In this document: piece after piece, positions 1 to 10,190 of the stretch
Position numbering within the stretch: the stretch's first letter is position 1
Layout of the letters: each line of letters opens with the position of its first letter
Source: Mageeibacillus sp. UBA1257
GTDB lineage: Bacteria; Bacillota; Clostridia; UBA1212; UBA1257
Direction: 5' to 3'
Length of the DNA: 36,454 bases
Assembly: GCA_002308775.1 (NCBI GenBank)
Contig: DBVT01000122.1
Location: 1-36,454 of the forward strand
Position numbers and translations under genes: made by a program
The notes under the pieces: model-generated
What the model saw: the letters and a program-made list of their open reading frames with translations, nothing else
What the model was told of the DNA's origin: nothing
Database searches by the model: none

Positions 1-1
1 A

Positions 2-2224
2 TTCAACAGCGGAGAATACACGCTGAGCGAGAGATGCGTATCGCTTCGCGACGACGTTGTAAACATAAAAACAGAAGCCGAAGCGACTTCGATGCAGGAA
101 TATTTCTGGAGAAGATACGGAAGGGTAAAGTTCGGAGAGCTTCATCCCGAAAACAGATCGAACATACTCGTTCATGCCGCGGAAGTCGAATCCATAATTG
201 AGAATTCGTCTGCGTATATCGACCCGAGGGAGCTGATCGTCGGATACAATTTCGGCGACGGACCGTATTGGGGATACAGCGGCAACAGAGAGCGCGACGA
301 CGATCTTATGCGCAAAAACGGTTTTACGCAGGAGCAGATCGACTGGATGTTCGATACGACCGTCAAGGACTGCGGCTACGATTATTGGCCTGCTCCCGTA
401 TTCGGAAAAGAAATAGATGATCTCGCGGGAGAAATGACAGTAATGCATTCCGCGCATCAGTGGAATCTCACAAACAACCACAGCGTAATAGGTTATCAAA
501 AAATAGTCGAAAAAGGCTTCTCCGGAATGCTCGATTACGTAAACGAATACGCTGAGAAAAACGGCGACAGCGATTTTTACGAGGCGCTCAGAATTGTCTG
601 CAGAGCAGGGATGAAGCTTGGCAAAAAATACGCGGAAAAAGCGCGCGAAATGGGGAGAGAAGACATCGCGACCGTCTGCGACAGAGTCCCCGAATCAGGC
701 GCGAGAAACTTGAGAGAGGCGATCCAGGCGTTATGGTTCGCTCATATAGTGAACACTTGGGAGGACGGAATAAACGCAAATTCCGTGGGACATCTCGACT
801 GGATACTCTTCCCGTATTACAAACACGATATCGATGAAGGACTGATCACTAAGCAGGACGCTTTTGAACTGATCTGCTGCCTGTGGCTCAAGCTCTACAG
901 GGATTATGACGTCCAGCAGTCGTGCGTCGGAGGCCGCGACGAAAACGGAAAGTCTCTTGTGAACGAGTTGTCATATATGATGCTCGAAGCGACGGAAAAA
1001 CTCGATTTCGTACGCTGCATCTCCGTCAGATTAGACAAAAACACGGACAGGGAATTCGTTAAGAAGGCCCTTCAGGTCGTCGGCAGAGTTCAAAAGGGAG
1101 TTCCTTTCTTCTTTAACGACGACGTCATGATACCGGCTCTCGAAAGCGGAGGGATCTCACACAAAGACGCCTGCGAATACACTGCGATCGGCTGCGTCGA
1201 AACTGTCATTCCGGGCAAATCAAACCCGCATGCCGTCAATTCGAGAATAAACGTGCTGAAAGCTCTCGAATACCTCGTGAGAGACGAAAGCATACTGAAA
1301 TACGGCGATTTTGACAGCCTTTTTACCGCAGTTAAAGAAAAAATCGACGATTTCACAGTAAAAACCGCAGAGATGATCAAACTCGCAAAGCCTTCGTCAG
1401 ATCACAACAATCCGTGCCCGGTAAAATCTCTCCTTACCGAAGGATGTGTCGAACGCGGAAAAGATTTTAACGATTCAGGCGCAAAATACGACTATTACCA
1501 CGTGATGCTCATGGGCGTTCCGAACCTCGCGGATTCTCTTGCCGCGATAAAGACGCTCGTATACGACAAAAAACTCTATACGATGGAGCAGCTCGTCTTC
1601 CAGCTTAAAAACAACTGGCCGGACGAGGCGATGAGACTCGATTTCGTGAACAAATCGCCCAAATACGGAAACGATATAAAAAGTGTGGACGACATCGCGG
1701 GAGAGATCATAGAGTTCTCGTGCTGCTGCATGGACAGGGAATCAGAGAGGACCGGACTCAGGATGCACGCGCAGCCTTTTACCTATCTGTGGATGATAGA
1801 GCACGGAGCGAAATGTATGGCTTCCGCAGACGGAAGGCGAGACGGCGAAATACTCGCATACAGCCTGTCGCCTATGCAGGGAAGGGACAGAGAAGGACTT
1901 ACCGCCCTTATGAATTCGATATCCTCGCTTCCGACAAAGCACACTCCGGGAACGACTTCAGCTATAGTGGAGATCGATCCGAAACTTTTCTCGGAGGAGA
2001 ATATAGACTGTCTGACAGATATACTCATGACTTCCGCTGCTAAGGGCATATCGAATGTTCAGTTCAACACTGTCAGCCTTGAAACGCTGCTTGACGCCCA
2101 GGCTCATCCCGAAAGGCATATGAATCTTGCCGTCAGAGTCTCCGGCTTCAGCCAGAAATTCAATCTCATAGGCAAACCTCTGCAGGACCACATAATCGCC
2201 AGAACGAAACACGCCTGCATCTGA
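2..2224 (+). CDS. Glycyl radical enzyme (PFL2 / dehydratase-lyase class), 5' partial at window edge
   Basis: The reading frame is open from the window edge, with no in-frame stop before the first ATG at 92. The upstream residues FNSGEYTLSERCVSLRDDVVNIK resemble a GRE N-terminus. Thiyl-radical loop AIGCVET has its Cys codon at 1193-1195. The C-terminal glycyl-radical motif RVSGFSQKF has its Gly codon at 2144-2146. The activase gene lies 21 nt downstream. Confidence 0.9.
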   Translation, partial: FNSGEYTLSERCVSLRDDVVNIKTEAEATSMQEYFWRRYGRVKFGELHPENRSNILVHAAEVESIIENSSAYIDPRELIVGYNFGDGPYWGYSGNRERDDDLMRKNGFTQEQIDWMFDTTVKDCGYDYWPAPVFGKEIDDLAGEMTVMHSAHQWNLTNNHSVIGYQKIVEKGFSGMLDYVNEYAEKNGDSDFYEALRIVCRAGMKLGKKYAEKAREMGREDIATVCDRVPESGARNLREAIQALWFAHIVNTWEDGINANSVGHLDWILFPYYKHDIDEGLITKQDAFELICCLWLKLYRDYDVQQSCVGGRDENGKSLVNELSYMMLEATEKLDFVRCISVRLDKNTDREFVKKALQVVGRVQKGVPFFFNDDVMIPALESGGISHKDACEYTAIGCVETVIPGKSNPHAVNSRINVLKALEYLVRDESILKYGDFDSLFTAVKEKIDDFTVKTAEMIKLAKPSSDHNNPCPVKSLLTEGCVERGKDFNDSGAKYDYYHVMLMGVPNLADSLAAIKTLVYDKKLYTMEQLVFQLKNNWPDEAMRLDFVNKSPKYGNDIKSVDDIAGEIIEFSCCCMDRESERTGLRMHAQPFTYLWMIEHGAKCMASADGRRDGEILAYSLSPMQGRDREGLTALMNSISSLPTKHTPGTTSAIVEIDPKLFSEENIDCLTDILMTSAAKGISNVQFNTVSLETLLDAQAHPERHMNLAVRVSGFSQKFNLIGKPLQDHIIARTKHACI

Positions 2225-2245
2225 TGCAAGTTAATGTAAAAAGTT

Positions 2246-3157
2246 ATGAAGGGCACAATTTTCAGCATCGTAAGAAGTTCCGTACACGACGGGCCGGGTA
2301 TAAGGACCGTCGTGTATTTTAAAGGTTGCACTCTGAGATGCGCATGGTGCCACAATCCGGAAGGGTTGAAAACGAAAAAGGAAATACTTTTTTACCGGGA
2401 CAAGTGCATAGGATGCGGCAGGTGCGGTGATATTTGCCCGGAATGTCATACGGAAGAAGGATTTGTCAGATACAGGTGCAGGTCGTGCGGAAGATGCGCC
2501 GAAGCGTGTCCCGCCGAAGCGCTCGTTTTATCGGGAAAGGAATATGCCCCGGAAGAGCTTTTTTCGATCATAGAGAAGGACAGAAAATTTTTTGAGACAT
2601 CCGGAGGAGGCGTCACATTCTCGGGAGGAGAGTGCTTCGTACAGGCCGATTTTCTTCACGAGATCGCGTCTTTGTGCCGCTCCGAAGGAATAAAAACCAT
2701 GTGCGAGACGGCCCTTTATTACAGCTACGATCCGCAAAGCGAACACAACAAAAAGTGCCTTAACATCGCCGTGAACGATATGGACGAGATGTTCTGCGAT
2801 CTTAAAATAATGGATCCCGGGCTTCACAAAAAATATACGGGAGCATCGAACGAAACCATTCTCTTCAACCTGAAATATCTGTCTGAACACAGGGACAATA
2901 TAACTGTCAGGATCCCGTTGATCCCGGGCATCAGCGACACGGACGACAACCTCGAAAGATCGGCAGAATATATATCTTCCTGCGGCCGGGGCATCAAGCG
3001 CGTCGAACTGTTAAAATTCAACGAGCTGGCAGGCAGCAAGTATGGGCCTCTTGGCCTCGATTTTACACCGGATTTCAGGACTGAAGCCCAAAATGAGGCA
3101 TTTTTACGCGAAAAACAGAAAAAATTCGACGATATATTGATTTCACGCAAAAAATAG
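2246..3157 (+). CDS. Glycyl-radical enzyme activating enzyme (radical SAM)
   Basis: N-terminus is HDGPGIRTVVYFKGCTLRCAWCHNPE, containing the CX3CX2C radical-SAM cluster motif. Two extra ferredoxin-like Cys clusters follow (CIGCGRCGDICPEC, CRSCGRCAEACPAEA), as is typical of activases for non-PFL GREs. It sits immediately downstream of the GRE. Confidence 0.9.
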   Translation: MKGTIFSIVRSSVHDGPGIRTVVYFKGCTLRCAWCHNPEGLKTKKEILFYRDKCIGCGRCGDICPECHTEEGFVRYRCRSCGRCAEACPAEALVLSGKEYAPEELFSIIEKDRKFFETSGGGVTFSGGECFVQADFLHEIASLCRSEGIKTMCETALYYSYDPQSEHNKKCLNIAVNDMDEMFCDLKIMDPGLHKKYTGASNETILFNLKYLSEHRDNITVRIPLIPGISDTDDNLERSAEYISSCGRGIKRVELLKFNELAGSKYGPLGLDFTPDFRTEAQNEAFLREKQKKFDDILISRKK

Positions 3158-3216
3158 AGTATCATAATATCAATCAATAATCAGCCGCAGAGACGCGGCG
3201 TTAAGGAGGAAACAAT

Positions 3217-3702
3217 ATGGCATTTTGTTCAAATTGCGGAGCTTTCATAGCGGAAGGCGCAAAATTCTGCGAAAACTGCGGCACACCTGTAGCGGCGGCT
3301 AAAGCGGCAGAAAAAGTTGAAGAAGTTAAAGAGGAAGCTCAGGAAGCGGCTGAGCAGGCACAGCAGGTCGTCTACGCGACTCCCGTTGTTCCCGTTGCAC
3401 CCGTGACTCAGGAAGCTGCTCCTGCAAAGGCACCTGTAAACACCACACCCGCGCTGGTGATGGGCATCCTCGCGATGATATTCTGCGAGGCCGGCATTCT
3501 CGGAATAATTTTCGGAGCCATCGCCATCAGTAAGGCTAAACAGGCCGGAGATGCTATCGACGGAAAGGGCAAGGCAGGAAAGATACTCGGAACGATCGGT
3601 CTTGTCATCGGTATCATTATGACAGTGGTCTGGATCATTTACGCAATAGTCTTCGCTGTGGTCGGCGGCGGACTTCTTTCCCAGTATCTAAACAATCTGT
3701 GA
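3217..3702 (+). CDS. Zinc-ribbon / DUF4190-like small membrane protein
   Basis: Strong RBS AAGGAGG 7 nt upstream. N-terminal CxxC...CxxC zinc ribbon (CSNCGAFIAEGAKFCENCG). An Ala/Glu/Pro-rich linker leads to two C-terminal hydrophobic helices. Confidence 0.7.
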   Translation: MAFCSNCGAFIAEGAKFCENCGTPVAAAKAAEKVEEVKEEAQEAAEQAQQVVYATPVVPVAPVTQEAAPAKAPVNTTPALVMGILAMIFCEAGILGIIFGAIAISKAKQAGDAIDGKGKAGKILGTIGLVIGIIMTVVWIIYAIVFAVVGGGLLSQYLNNL

Positions 3703-3735
3703 TCGCCAAAAGATAAAATGTAACTTCAAATACCG

Positions 3736-3769
3736 ATCCCCGCGCCGGAAAGCGCGGGGATTTGTTTTC
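3736..3769 (+). terminator. Rho-independent terminator after the zinc-ribbon gene
   Basis: Perfect 10-bp GC-rich stem ATCCCCGCGC / GCGCGGGGAT with loop CGGAAA, followed by TTGTTTTCTTT. Confidence 0.7.
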
Positions 3770-3778
3770 TTTGATTTC

Positions 3779-3807
3779 TTGACATCGCGCCGCTTTAGTT
3801 ATATTAT
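3779..3807 (+). promoter_or_regulatory. Sigma-A type promoter for the envelope operon
   Basis: TTGACA (3779-3784), a 17-nt spacer, then TATTAT (3802-3807), directly after the terminator. The ORF-track start at 3779 is in fact the -35 hexamer. Confidence 0.55.
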
Positions 3808-3883
3808 ATACTTTGTATGCGTATTACACGGCGGCATTTTACCGAAGAGAAAACGCATCAGTCGAAAACAGGAGCTGAAAAGT

Positions 3884-5788
3884 TTGAAATATAAGCTGAA
3901 ACAGGCGTATTTGATACCCATAGATGTTATAGAGATAGCGGTTTGCTACGCTCTTGCCGTTTTGATACGACTCGAGCAGATCCCGGGATTCAAGGATGTC
4001 CCGCAGGAAAATGTAAAGCTTGTCTGGCAGGCTGTCTTCAGCTGGCCGGCGCTCGTTATACCCGCGATATACGTGATAATATTTTTCTTCGCTGATATGT
4101 ATGCCTTTTTATTAAAGCATGCGACTTTGGGCGATACGTTAAAATGTGCGCTGGCAAATGTTGCCGCGGCCGCTTTGTCGTTTTTGTACAACGCATTTTT
4201 GATGTCCAAAATGACTTCGAACTCGCAGATCATCCCGAGGGGAGTCGTGATAATCGCGAGCATACTGATACTGCTTGCGACAGTCGCGACGAGGATAATC
4301 CCGAGAGTCGCGGATGAGATGTCTCACTCGTTTGAGAAGAAAAACAGCGCTAAAACGCACAGAATAATAATTTACGGAGCGGGATTCGAAGGAAGAACTC
4401 TCGCTGCGGATTTTAAAAACGGCAAGGCGAGAAAGAACAATCTCGTAGTCGGTTTTATCGACAACAACAATCAGAAAATACAGTCCAAACTGCTCGGAAT
4501 AAAAGTCTATTCCGCATCGCAGGATCTGGAAAAACTCGTCAAGGATCTCGGAGCTGATACGATAATCATAGCGATACCGTCACTTTCTCCGTCAGATCTT
4601 TCCTCGATCATCGATAAATGCAAGCACACGGGATGCATACTGAAAATACTCCCGTCCATCTCCGATATGGTCGAAAACGCGAATATCGAGGCTTCAAAGC
4701 TGAGAGACGTAAGTATAGACGATATTTTACACAGAAAAGAGACGCATATAGACATAGACAGCATCTGCCAGTATCTGGAGGGAGAGACTGTTCTGGTGAC
4801 GGGCGCGGGCGGTTCGATAGGTTCGGAACTCTGCCGCAGGATCCTGCATTACAAGCCTGCGAGACTCGTGCTTTTCGATATCTACGAGAACAATGTTTAT
4901 GATCTCGAATTCGAACTGAGACAGATGAAAACAGAGACGGAACTTATTTCCTACATCGGATCCGTCAGGGATTACAAGAGGCTTGATGCTATTTTCAAAA
5001 AGGAAAATCCCCAGGTCGTCTTCCACGCGGCAGCTCACAAGCACGTTCCGCTGATGGAGAACAGCCCCGGTGAAGCGGTAAAGAACAACGTTTTCGGCAC
5101 ATACAACCTCGCTAAAGCCGCTGATGCGAACCATGTTAAAACGTTCGTCTTCATTTCCACGGACAAGGCAGTCAACCCGACAAACGTGATGGGCGCCACA
5201 AAGAGAATGTGCGAGATGATCATCACTGCCATGGATAAAGTGAGCGAAACGAGATACGTGGCTGTCAGATTCGGAAATGTTCTGGGAAGCAACGGAAGCG
5301 TCGTACCGCTTTTCAAGAAGCAGATAGCCGCGATGGGGCCTGTTACGGTCACACATCCCGATATAATAAGATATTTTATGACCATCCCTGAAGCGGCGAG
5401 GCTCGTCGTTCAGGCAGGCGCAATGGCAAAAGGCGGAGAAATATTCATACTCGACATGGGCGATCCCGTAAAGATCGACGATCTCGCGAGAGATATGATC
5501 AGGCTTTCAGGCTACACTCCCGATGTCGATATCAAGATAGAATACACAGGACTGAGGCCTGGCGAAAAGCTTTACGAAGAGCTCATGCAGGCAGAAGAGG
5601 GAACGACGAAATCGTCTCACGACGGCATTTTCATCGCAAAACCAGAGACATATACGATGGAACAGGTCGAAGAGAAACTGTCCGTCCTTCGCGACGCCGT
5701 TGGCAAAGATGACGAAACGGTGGTAAAATGTTTAGCGGAGGTCGTGCCCACTTTCCATCCCGAAAAAGCCGGAGCGCACGGCAAATAA
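3884..5788 (+). CDS. Membrane-bound polysaccharide biosynthesis protein, CapD/PglF/WbpM-like NDP-sugar 4,6-dehydratase
   Basis: Hydrophobic N-terminal helices. Two Rossmann motifs (IIIYGAGFEGRTLA and VLVTGAGGSIGSEL) and an ISTDKAVNPTNVMGATKR catalytic region. I place the start at TTG 3884, with AGGAG at 3870-3874, rather than at the track's TTG 3779. The start is uncertain. Confidence 0.85.
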   Translation: MKYKLKQAYLIPIDVIEIAVCYALAVLIRLEQIPGFKDVPQENVKLVWQAVFSWPALVIPAIYVIIFFFADMYAFLLKHATLGDTLKCALANVAAAALSFLYNAFLMSKMTSNSQIIPRGVVIIASILILLATVATRIIPRVADEMSHSFEKKNSAKTHRIIIYGAGFEGRTLAADFKNGKARKNNLVVGFIDNNNQKIQSKLLGIKVYSASQDLEKLVKDLGADTIIIAIPSLSPSDLSSIIDKCKHTGCILKILPSISDMVENANIEASKLRDVSIDDILHRKETHIDIDSICQYLEGETVLVTGAGGSIGSELCRRILHYKPARLVLFDIYENNVYDLEFELRQMKTETELISYIGSVRDYKRLDAIFKKENPQVVFHAAAHKHVPLMENSPGEAVKNNVFGTYNLAKAADANHVKTFVFISTDKAVNPTNVMGATKRMCEMIITAMDKVSETRYVAVRFGNVLGSNGSVVPLFKKQIAAMGPVTVTHPDIIRYFMTIPEAARLVVQAGAMAKGGEIFILDMGDPVKIDDLARDMIRLSGYTPDVDIKIEYTGLRPGEKLYEELMQAEEGTTKSSHDGIFIAKPETYTMEQVEEKLSVLRDAVGKDDETVVKCLAEVVPTFHPEKAGAHGK

Positions 5789-5821
5789 CAACAAAAGAAA
5801 AAGAAGAGAAGAGCAGTCAAA

Positions 5822-6934
5822 ATGAAAGTAAAAGGTTCCGTAATCGCATTATTGATCTCATCTGTGCTGGTGATAGGCATAGGTGCGGCATATTTTACCT
5901 ATGGGATGCCGTTTTTGAACTTTATGTACAATAAACTCCCGAACGGAAAGGCACAGGGCGTTTATGTTGTTGAAAAAGGCTCGCCGCTGATAGATATGTC
6001 CTCATACAGAAAAAACGAGAACGAACCTCAGCCTACATACGTGCCTTCATCCACGCCCGAGCCTGAACAGCTGGGAAAATTCGGCGACCTCAGAGAACAG
6101 GCATACGTTGACTTTGCGCTTTCGCCGAACGCGAGAAACGTCCTGGTCATCGGCGCAGACGAATCGGCCGGACTCACCGACTCGATATTCATAGTGAGCA
6201 TCGACCAGTCCGCCAATACGATCAAAATAATATCCATCCCCAGAGACACATACGTGGTATACGATGAAAAGATCGTTTCTGCTCTTCAAAAAATAGGCTG
6301 GTACGAAAACAAGGGGATCCAGAAACTCAATATAGCAAAACTCATAGGCTCGGACGTCATCAATTTCAAGGGCGGCGAGTTTGACAACAGAGGTATAAAC
6401 TTCCTTTGCGAGGTCATAGAGCAGATGCTCGGAGATTCGTTCCATATAGACGACTATGTTTACGTCGATTTTGACGGTTTTATGGATATGGTGAAGATAT
6501 TCGGAGGCATCTGGCTCACCGTGGATGAAAATATATACAATCAGTACGGCCAGTTGCTCGTTCCAAAGGGCAGAAACTATCTGTCACCCAAGGAAGCGCT
6601 CTTTTACGTAAGAACGAGGAAACGTTTCGACAGCGAGGGCAACAACCTCGGAAGCGCGGGTGACAGCTACAGAAAAGAACTGCAGGTCGAATTCATCAAG
6701 GAAATGATCACACAGTACGTGACGAAGGAAAATATATCCAAAGCGTCGGAAATACTGACGTCTCTTCGCGGAAGCGTTTATCACAGCATCAGCACGATGG
6801 ACAAGCTGTCGTATTACACTAAGCTCGCGACGGAGTATACAAACAAGAAATATTTTGTCGACTTTATGGTCATCACAGGCGTTGAGATAGATCCTTTCGG
6901 AGACGGCGCCTCATATGTGCAGATCATAAAGTGA
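5822..6934 (+). CDS. LytR-CpsA-Psr (LCP) family cell-wall polymer ligase
   Basis: N-terminal TM helix followed by the LCP core LVIGADESAGLTDSIFIVSIDQSANTIKIISIPRDTYV. Confidence 0.85.
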   Translation: MKVKGSVIALLISSVLVIGIGAAYFTYGMPFLNFMYNKLPNGKAQGVYVVEKGSPLIDMSSYRKNENEPQPTYVPSSTPEPEQLGKFGDLREQAYVDFALSPNARNVLVIGADESAGLTDSIFIVSIDQSANTIKIISIPRDTYVVYDEKIVSALQKIGWYENKGIQKLNIAKLIGSDVINFKGGEFDNRGINFLCEVIEQMLGDSFHIDDYVYVDFDGFMDMVKIFGGIWLTVDENIYNQYGQLLVPKGRNYLSPKEALFYVRTRKRFDSEGNNLGSAGDSYRKELQVEFIKEMITQYVTKENISKASEILTSLRGSVYHSISTMDKLSYYTKLATEYTNKKYFVDFMVITGVEIDPFGDGASYVQIIK

Positions 6935-6980
6935 TAAATACAGCGGAAAGCGCAACAACCAACTGACTGGAGGAAGCACA

Positions 6981-7934
6981 ATGATTGAGATCAAAAATCT
7001 CGTAAAAAGATACGGACAGATCAATGCCGTTGACGACATTAGTTTTACCGTACCTGACGGGGAGATACTCGGCTTTCTGGGACCTAACGGAGCGGGAAAA
7101 TCGACGACGATGAATATGATCACCGGATACCTGCCGCCGACTGCGGGAACTGTTTTAGTCGAAGGATATGACATCATGGAAAAGCCGAAGGAGGTCAAGA
7201 GAAGGATCGGATATCTTCCGGAACTGCCGCCCCTTTACGGCGATATGACGGTTGGTGAATATCTCGAATTCATCTGCGAACTCAAGGACGTCGACAAAAA
7301 GATCAGACGCTCCCAACTCGACGACATCATGTATCTCGTAAAAATAGGAGACATGAAAGGCAGACTCGTCAAAAACCTCTCGAAAGGATACAGACAGAGA
7401 GTCGGTTTTGCTGAAGCGATGGTCGGAAATCCGAAGATAATGATCCTCGACGAGCCCACGATAGGTCTCGACCCGAAGCAGATAGTTGAAATAAGAAAAC
7501 TGATCGCTGCTCTCGGAAAGGAACACACAGTTATCCTGAGCACGCACATACTCTCCGAAGTAAGCGCCGTCTGCTCGTCAGTCGTCATCATAAACAAAGG
7601 TAAAATAGCCGCATCCGGAAATGTCGCGGATTTTGCGGGAACAGGCACCGGAAAGGTCACATCGTTCCACATCACGATCGCGGGACCGAAGGCAGAATGC
7701 AGCAACATTTTACGTCAGGTAAGAGGAGTTAAGAACGCTGAACTGCTGAGAACGTCAGGGGAACTTTCGATGTTCAAAGTGGAATCGAGAACAGATACGG
7801 ATGTCAGAAAAGAAGTGTTCAAAGCGCTTGCGGACGCCGGATATCCGATAATGGAGATCAGGGCGGATTCGAAGACGCTCGAAGAGACGTTCATTGAGAT
7901 AACGTCAAAAGACAACGCGGAGAGGGGGATATGA
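6981..7934 (+). CDS. ABC transporter ATP-binding protein (ABC-2 / GldA-like)
   Basis: Walker A GPNGAGKST, signature LSKGYRQRV, Walker B IMILDEPT. RBS GGAGG upstream. Confidence 0.9.
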   Translation: MIEIKNLVKRYGQINAVDDISFTVPDGEILGFLGPNGAGKSTTMNMITGYLPPTAGTVLVEGYDIMEKPKEVKRRIGYLPELPPLYGDMTVGEYLEFICELKDVDKKIRRSQLDDIMYLVKIGDMKGRLVKNLSKGYRQRVGFAEAMVGNPKIMILDEPTIGLDPKQIVEIRKLIAALGKEHTVILSTHILSEVSAVCSSVVIINKGKIAASGNVADFAGTGTGKVTSFHITIAGPKAECSNILRQVRGVKNAELLRTSGELSMFKVESRTDTDVRKEVFKALADAGYPIMEIRADSKTLEETFIEITSKDNAERGI

Positions 7935-7937
7935 TAT

Positions 7938-8651
7938 ATGAAAACGATCTTTAAGAGAGAATTGAACGCATATTTCCGCTCGCCCGTGGCATATTGCGTA
8001 ATAGGATTCTTCATGATAATCACCGGTTATTTCTTCTGGAGAGTCAATATCATAGCCGGCAGCGTCGAATTCGAGGCGACACTTTCAGGCCTTACGACTT
8101 ACCTCGTTTTCCTCTGTCCGGTCATCACGATGAAGCTTCTCGCTGATGAGAAGAAAAACGGAACGGAAGTTCTTCTGCGTACCACGCCTATATCTTTCTG
8201 GCAGATAGTCCTCGGAAAATTCTTCGCGGCGTTTGTGGTGCTCTTCATCATGGTCGCCCTCACGCTCGTATATCCGATAATAATGTCAATAATAGTGGGA
8301 ACATCAGGCACAGTTCCGTGGCTCGCTATCATAGGCGGCTACCTCGCGTTCACACTGATGGGAGCTTCGTTCCTTTCGATAGGTATGCTGACGTCCTCGA
8401 TGACAGAGAACCAGATAGTCGCTGCTGTATCGGGCATCGTTTTACTGCTCGCAATGCTGTACACTCAACAGGTCGGCGCTGTAGTCGGCGGCACCTGGGG
8501 CAAGATACTCATCTGGATATCTCTTTCGTCCAGATATAACGATTTTGCGGCCGGAGCATTCAATATAGCTTCGCTGATATTCTACATCGTATTCACGGCA
8601 GTCATCCTCTTCGTGACGATCATGAATATGGAACGCAAACGCTGGAACTGA
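7938..8651 (+). CDS. ABC-2 family permease (GldF-like)
   Basis: About six hydrophobic helices. It starts 3 nt after the ATPase stop, and its N-terminus FKRELNAYFRSPVAY is typical of ABC-2 permeases. Confidence 0.8.
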   Translation: MKTIFKRELNAYFRSPVAYCVIGFFMIITGYFFWRVNIIAGSVEFEATLSGLTTYLVFLCPVITMKLLADEKKNGTEVLLRTTPISFWQIVLGKFFAAFVVLFIMVALTLVYPIIMSIIVGTSGTVPWLAIIGGYLAFTLMGASFLSIGMLTSSMTENQIVAAVSGIVLLLAMLYTQQVGAVVGGTWGKILIWISLSSRYNDFAAGAFNIASLIFYIVFTAVILFVTIMNMERKRWN

Positions 8652-8669
8652 TAAGGAGGTGCTCTTAAA

Positions 8670-10190
8670 ATGAAAAACGCTAACGAACAAAAAGAAAAAA
8701 GACACCTTTCCGACAAGACCAAGAGAACGTTCAAGTTCGGTACAAATGCGATAGTGCTCACGATAGTCGTGGTAGTTGTCGCAGTGCTTTTTACAGTACT
8801 TATGGAGAAGCTGCCGATGACGCTCGATTTTACGTCAGAGAAGCTGTATTCGATATCTGACATTTCGAAAAACATGCTGGACAAACTTGAAAAGGACGGA
8901 AACAAGAAGGTCGAAATGACTGTCCTGCTCGACAGAACAAAGGCCGAATCCAACGCATATTCTACAGATTACGATATCTCAAACGTCGTTAAGGTCCTCG
9001 ATATCTACGACAGATACGACTGCATCGATGTAAAATACGTAGATCCGAACAAGAACCCTTCAGTCGTAACTGACGTTCTCGGAGCTCTCATTGAAAAAGA
9101 CGGAGTGATCAATACACAGATCTCGACTCTCGTCTCTGACTGCGGCGAAGGCGACGTGATAGTAAAATGCGGCGACAAGGCGAAGATAGTTTCGATATCG
9201 GAAATGTTTGCCACAAAAGCTGATACCACATACGGATTCGATTATGTTTCGGGAGTTCAGGTGGAGACAGTCATCACCGCGGCCGTTTTACACGTCACGC
9301 AGGAAAGCGCTCCGGCGATCTATTTCTCGACCGGATACGGCGAGCGCTCGATGTCGAAATTCTCTGTGCTCACATTCGACCTCGAATTCATGGGTTATTC
9401 GGTCAGCGAGATCGATCTGACTAAGGAAAGTGTCCCGAGCGACGCGGCGATATTGTTCTTCATGGGACCCAAACAGGATCTCTCCGCAAGGGCTACAGAG
9501 CAGCTCGAGGAATGGTTCGCCAATTCAAGAGGCAGCGCCGTATTCATGATGGATACGGATAATGCCGGGACTGATCTTCCGAACTTCAATTATATTTTCA
9601 ATCTGTTCGGGCTGAGAATAAACAATGATATCGTAAAGGAAGCCAGCAGCAAGAGCATCGCGGGCAACACATACGCATTCAAAACGACGACTATCACACA
9701 GGGCGCTTTCGGAACGATCCCGAACACGGAAGTGACTGTCGAAAACTCGAGGAGCATTTCTCTGGTCGACGACGGAATACAGAGATGCGATTCTTATCCG
9801 CTCGTACAGACCACACGCGACGCAAAAACGATCTCGATCCCCGGAGGAAAGGAATCGGGAGAGAGCATCCAGACGGTCATGGCGTCAGGCGAATACTTCG
9901 GCGGAACGACTGAAGCGAAGATAATCCTTTCGGGCTCCAGCGAGAACGTTGTCGACCATTATCAGTACGGCAACAGGATGTCGGGGCTGCTTCTCAAAGC
10001 GGTGAACTGGATGTACGAATCGACTCTTGAAAATGAAGCCACGGAGATAGACGCCAAGATCTACAATACAACGACAGTGTCAGTCACCGAAAAGCAGAGC
10101 AGATGGATAGCGATCGGCTGCATAATCGTTTATCCTCTGATCATACTCAGCTGCGGTCTGGTCGTCTGGCTTAAGAGGAGACATCTATGA
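8670..10190 (+). CDS. GldG-like ABC-transport auxiliary protein
   Basis: N- and C-terminal TM helices flank a large extracytoplasmic domain. It occupies the position after the GldA/GldF-like pair that is canonical for GldG family proteins. RBS AAGGAGG. Confidence 0.7.
   Translation: MKNANEQKEKRHLSDKTKRTFKFGTNAIVLTIVVVVVAVLFTVLMEKLPMTLDFTSEKLYSISDISKNMLDKLEKDGNKKVEMTVLLDRTKAESNAYSTDYDISNVVKVLDIYDRYDCIDVKYVDPNKNPSVVTDVLGALIEKDGVINTQISTLVSDCGEGDVIVKCGDKAKIVSISEMFATKADTTYGFDYVSGVQVETVITAAVLHVTQESAPAIYFSTGYGERSMSKFSVLTFDLEFMGYSVSEIDLTKESVPSDAAILFFMGPKQDLSARATEQLEEWFANSRGSAVFMMDTDNAGTDLPNFNYIFNLFGLRINNDIVKEASSKSIAGNTYAFKTTTITQGAFGTIPNTEVTVENSRSISLVDDGIQRCDSYPLVQTTRDAKTISIPGGKESGESIQTVMASGEYFGGTTEAKIILSGSSENVVDHYQYGNRMSGLLLKAVNWMYESTLENEATEIDAKIYNTTTVSVTEKQSRWIAIGCIIVYPLIILSCGLVVWLKRRHL

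Noticed and set aside
3779-3883. ORF-track N-terminal extension of the CapD-like gene (TTG 3779, MTSRRFSYIIYFVCVLHGG...).
   Set aside because: The 3779 TTG is the first half of a TTGACA-17-TATTAT promoter located right after a terminator. An in-frame TTG at 3884 preceded by AGGAG is a more credible start.
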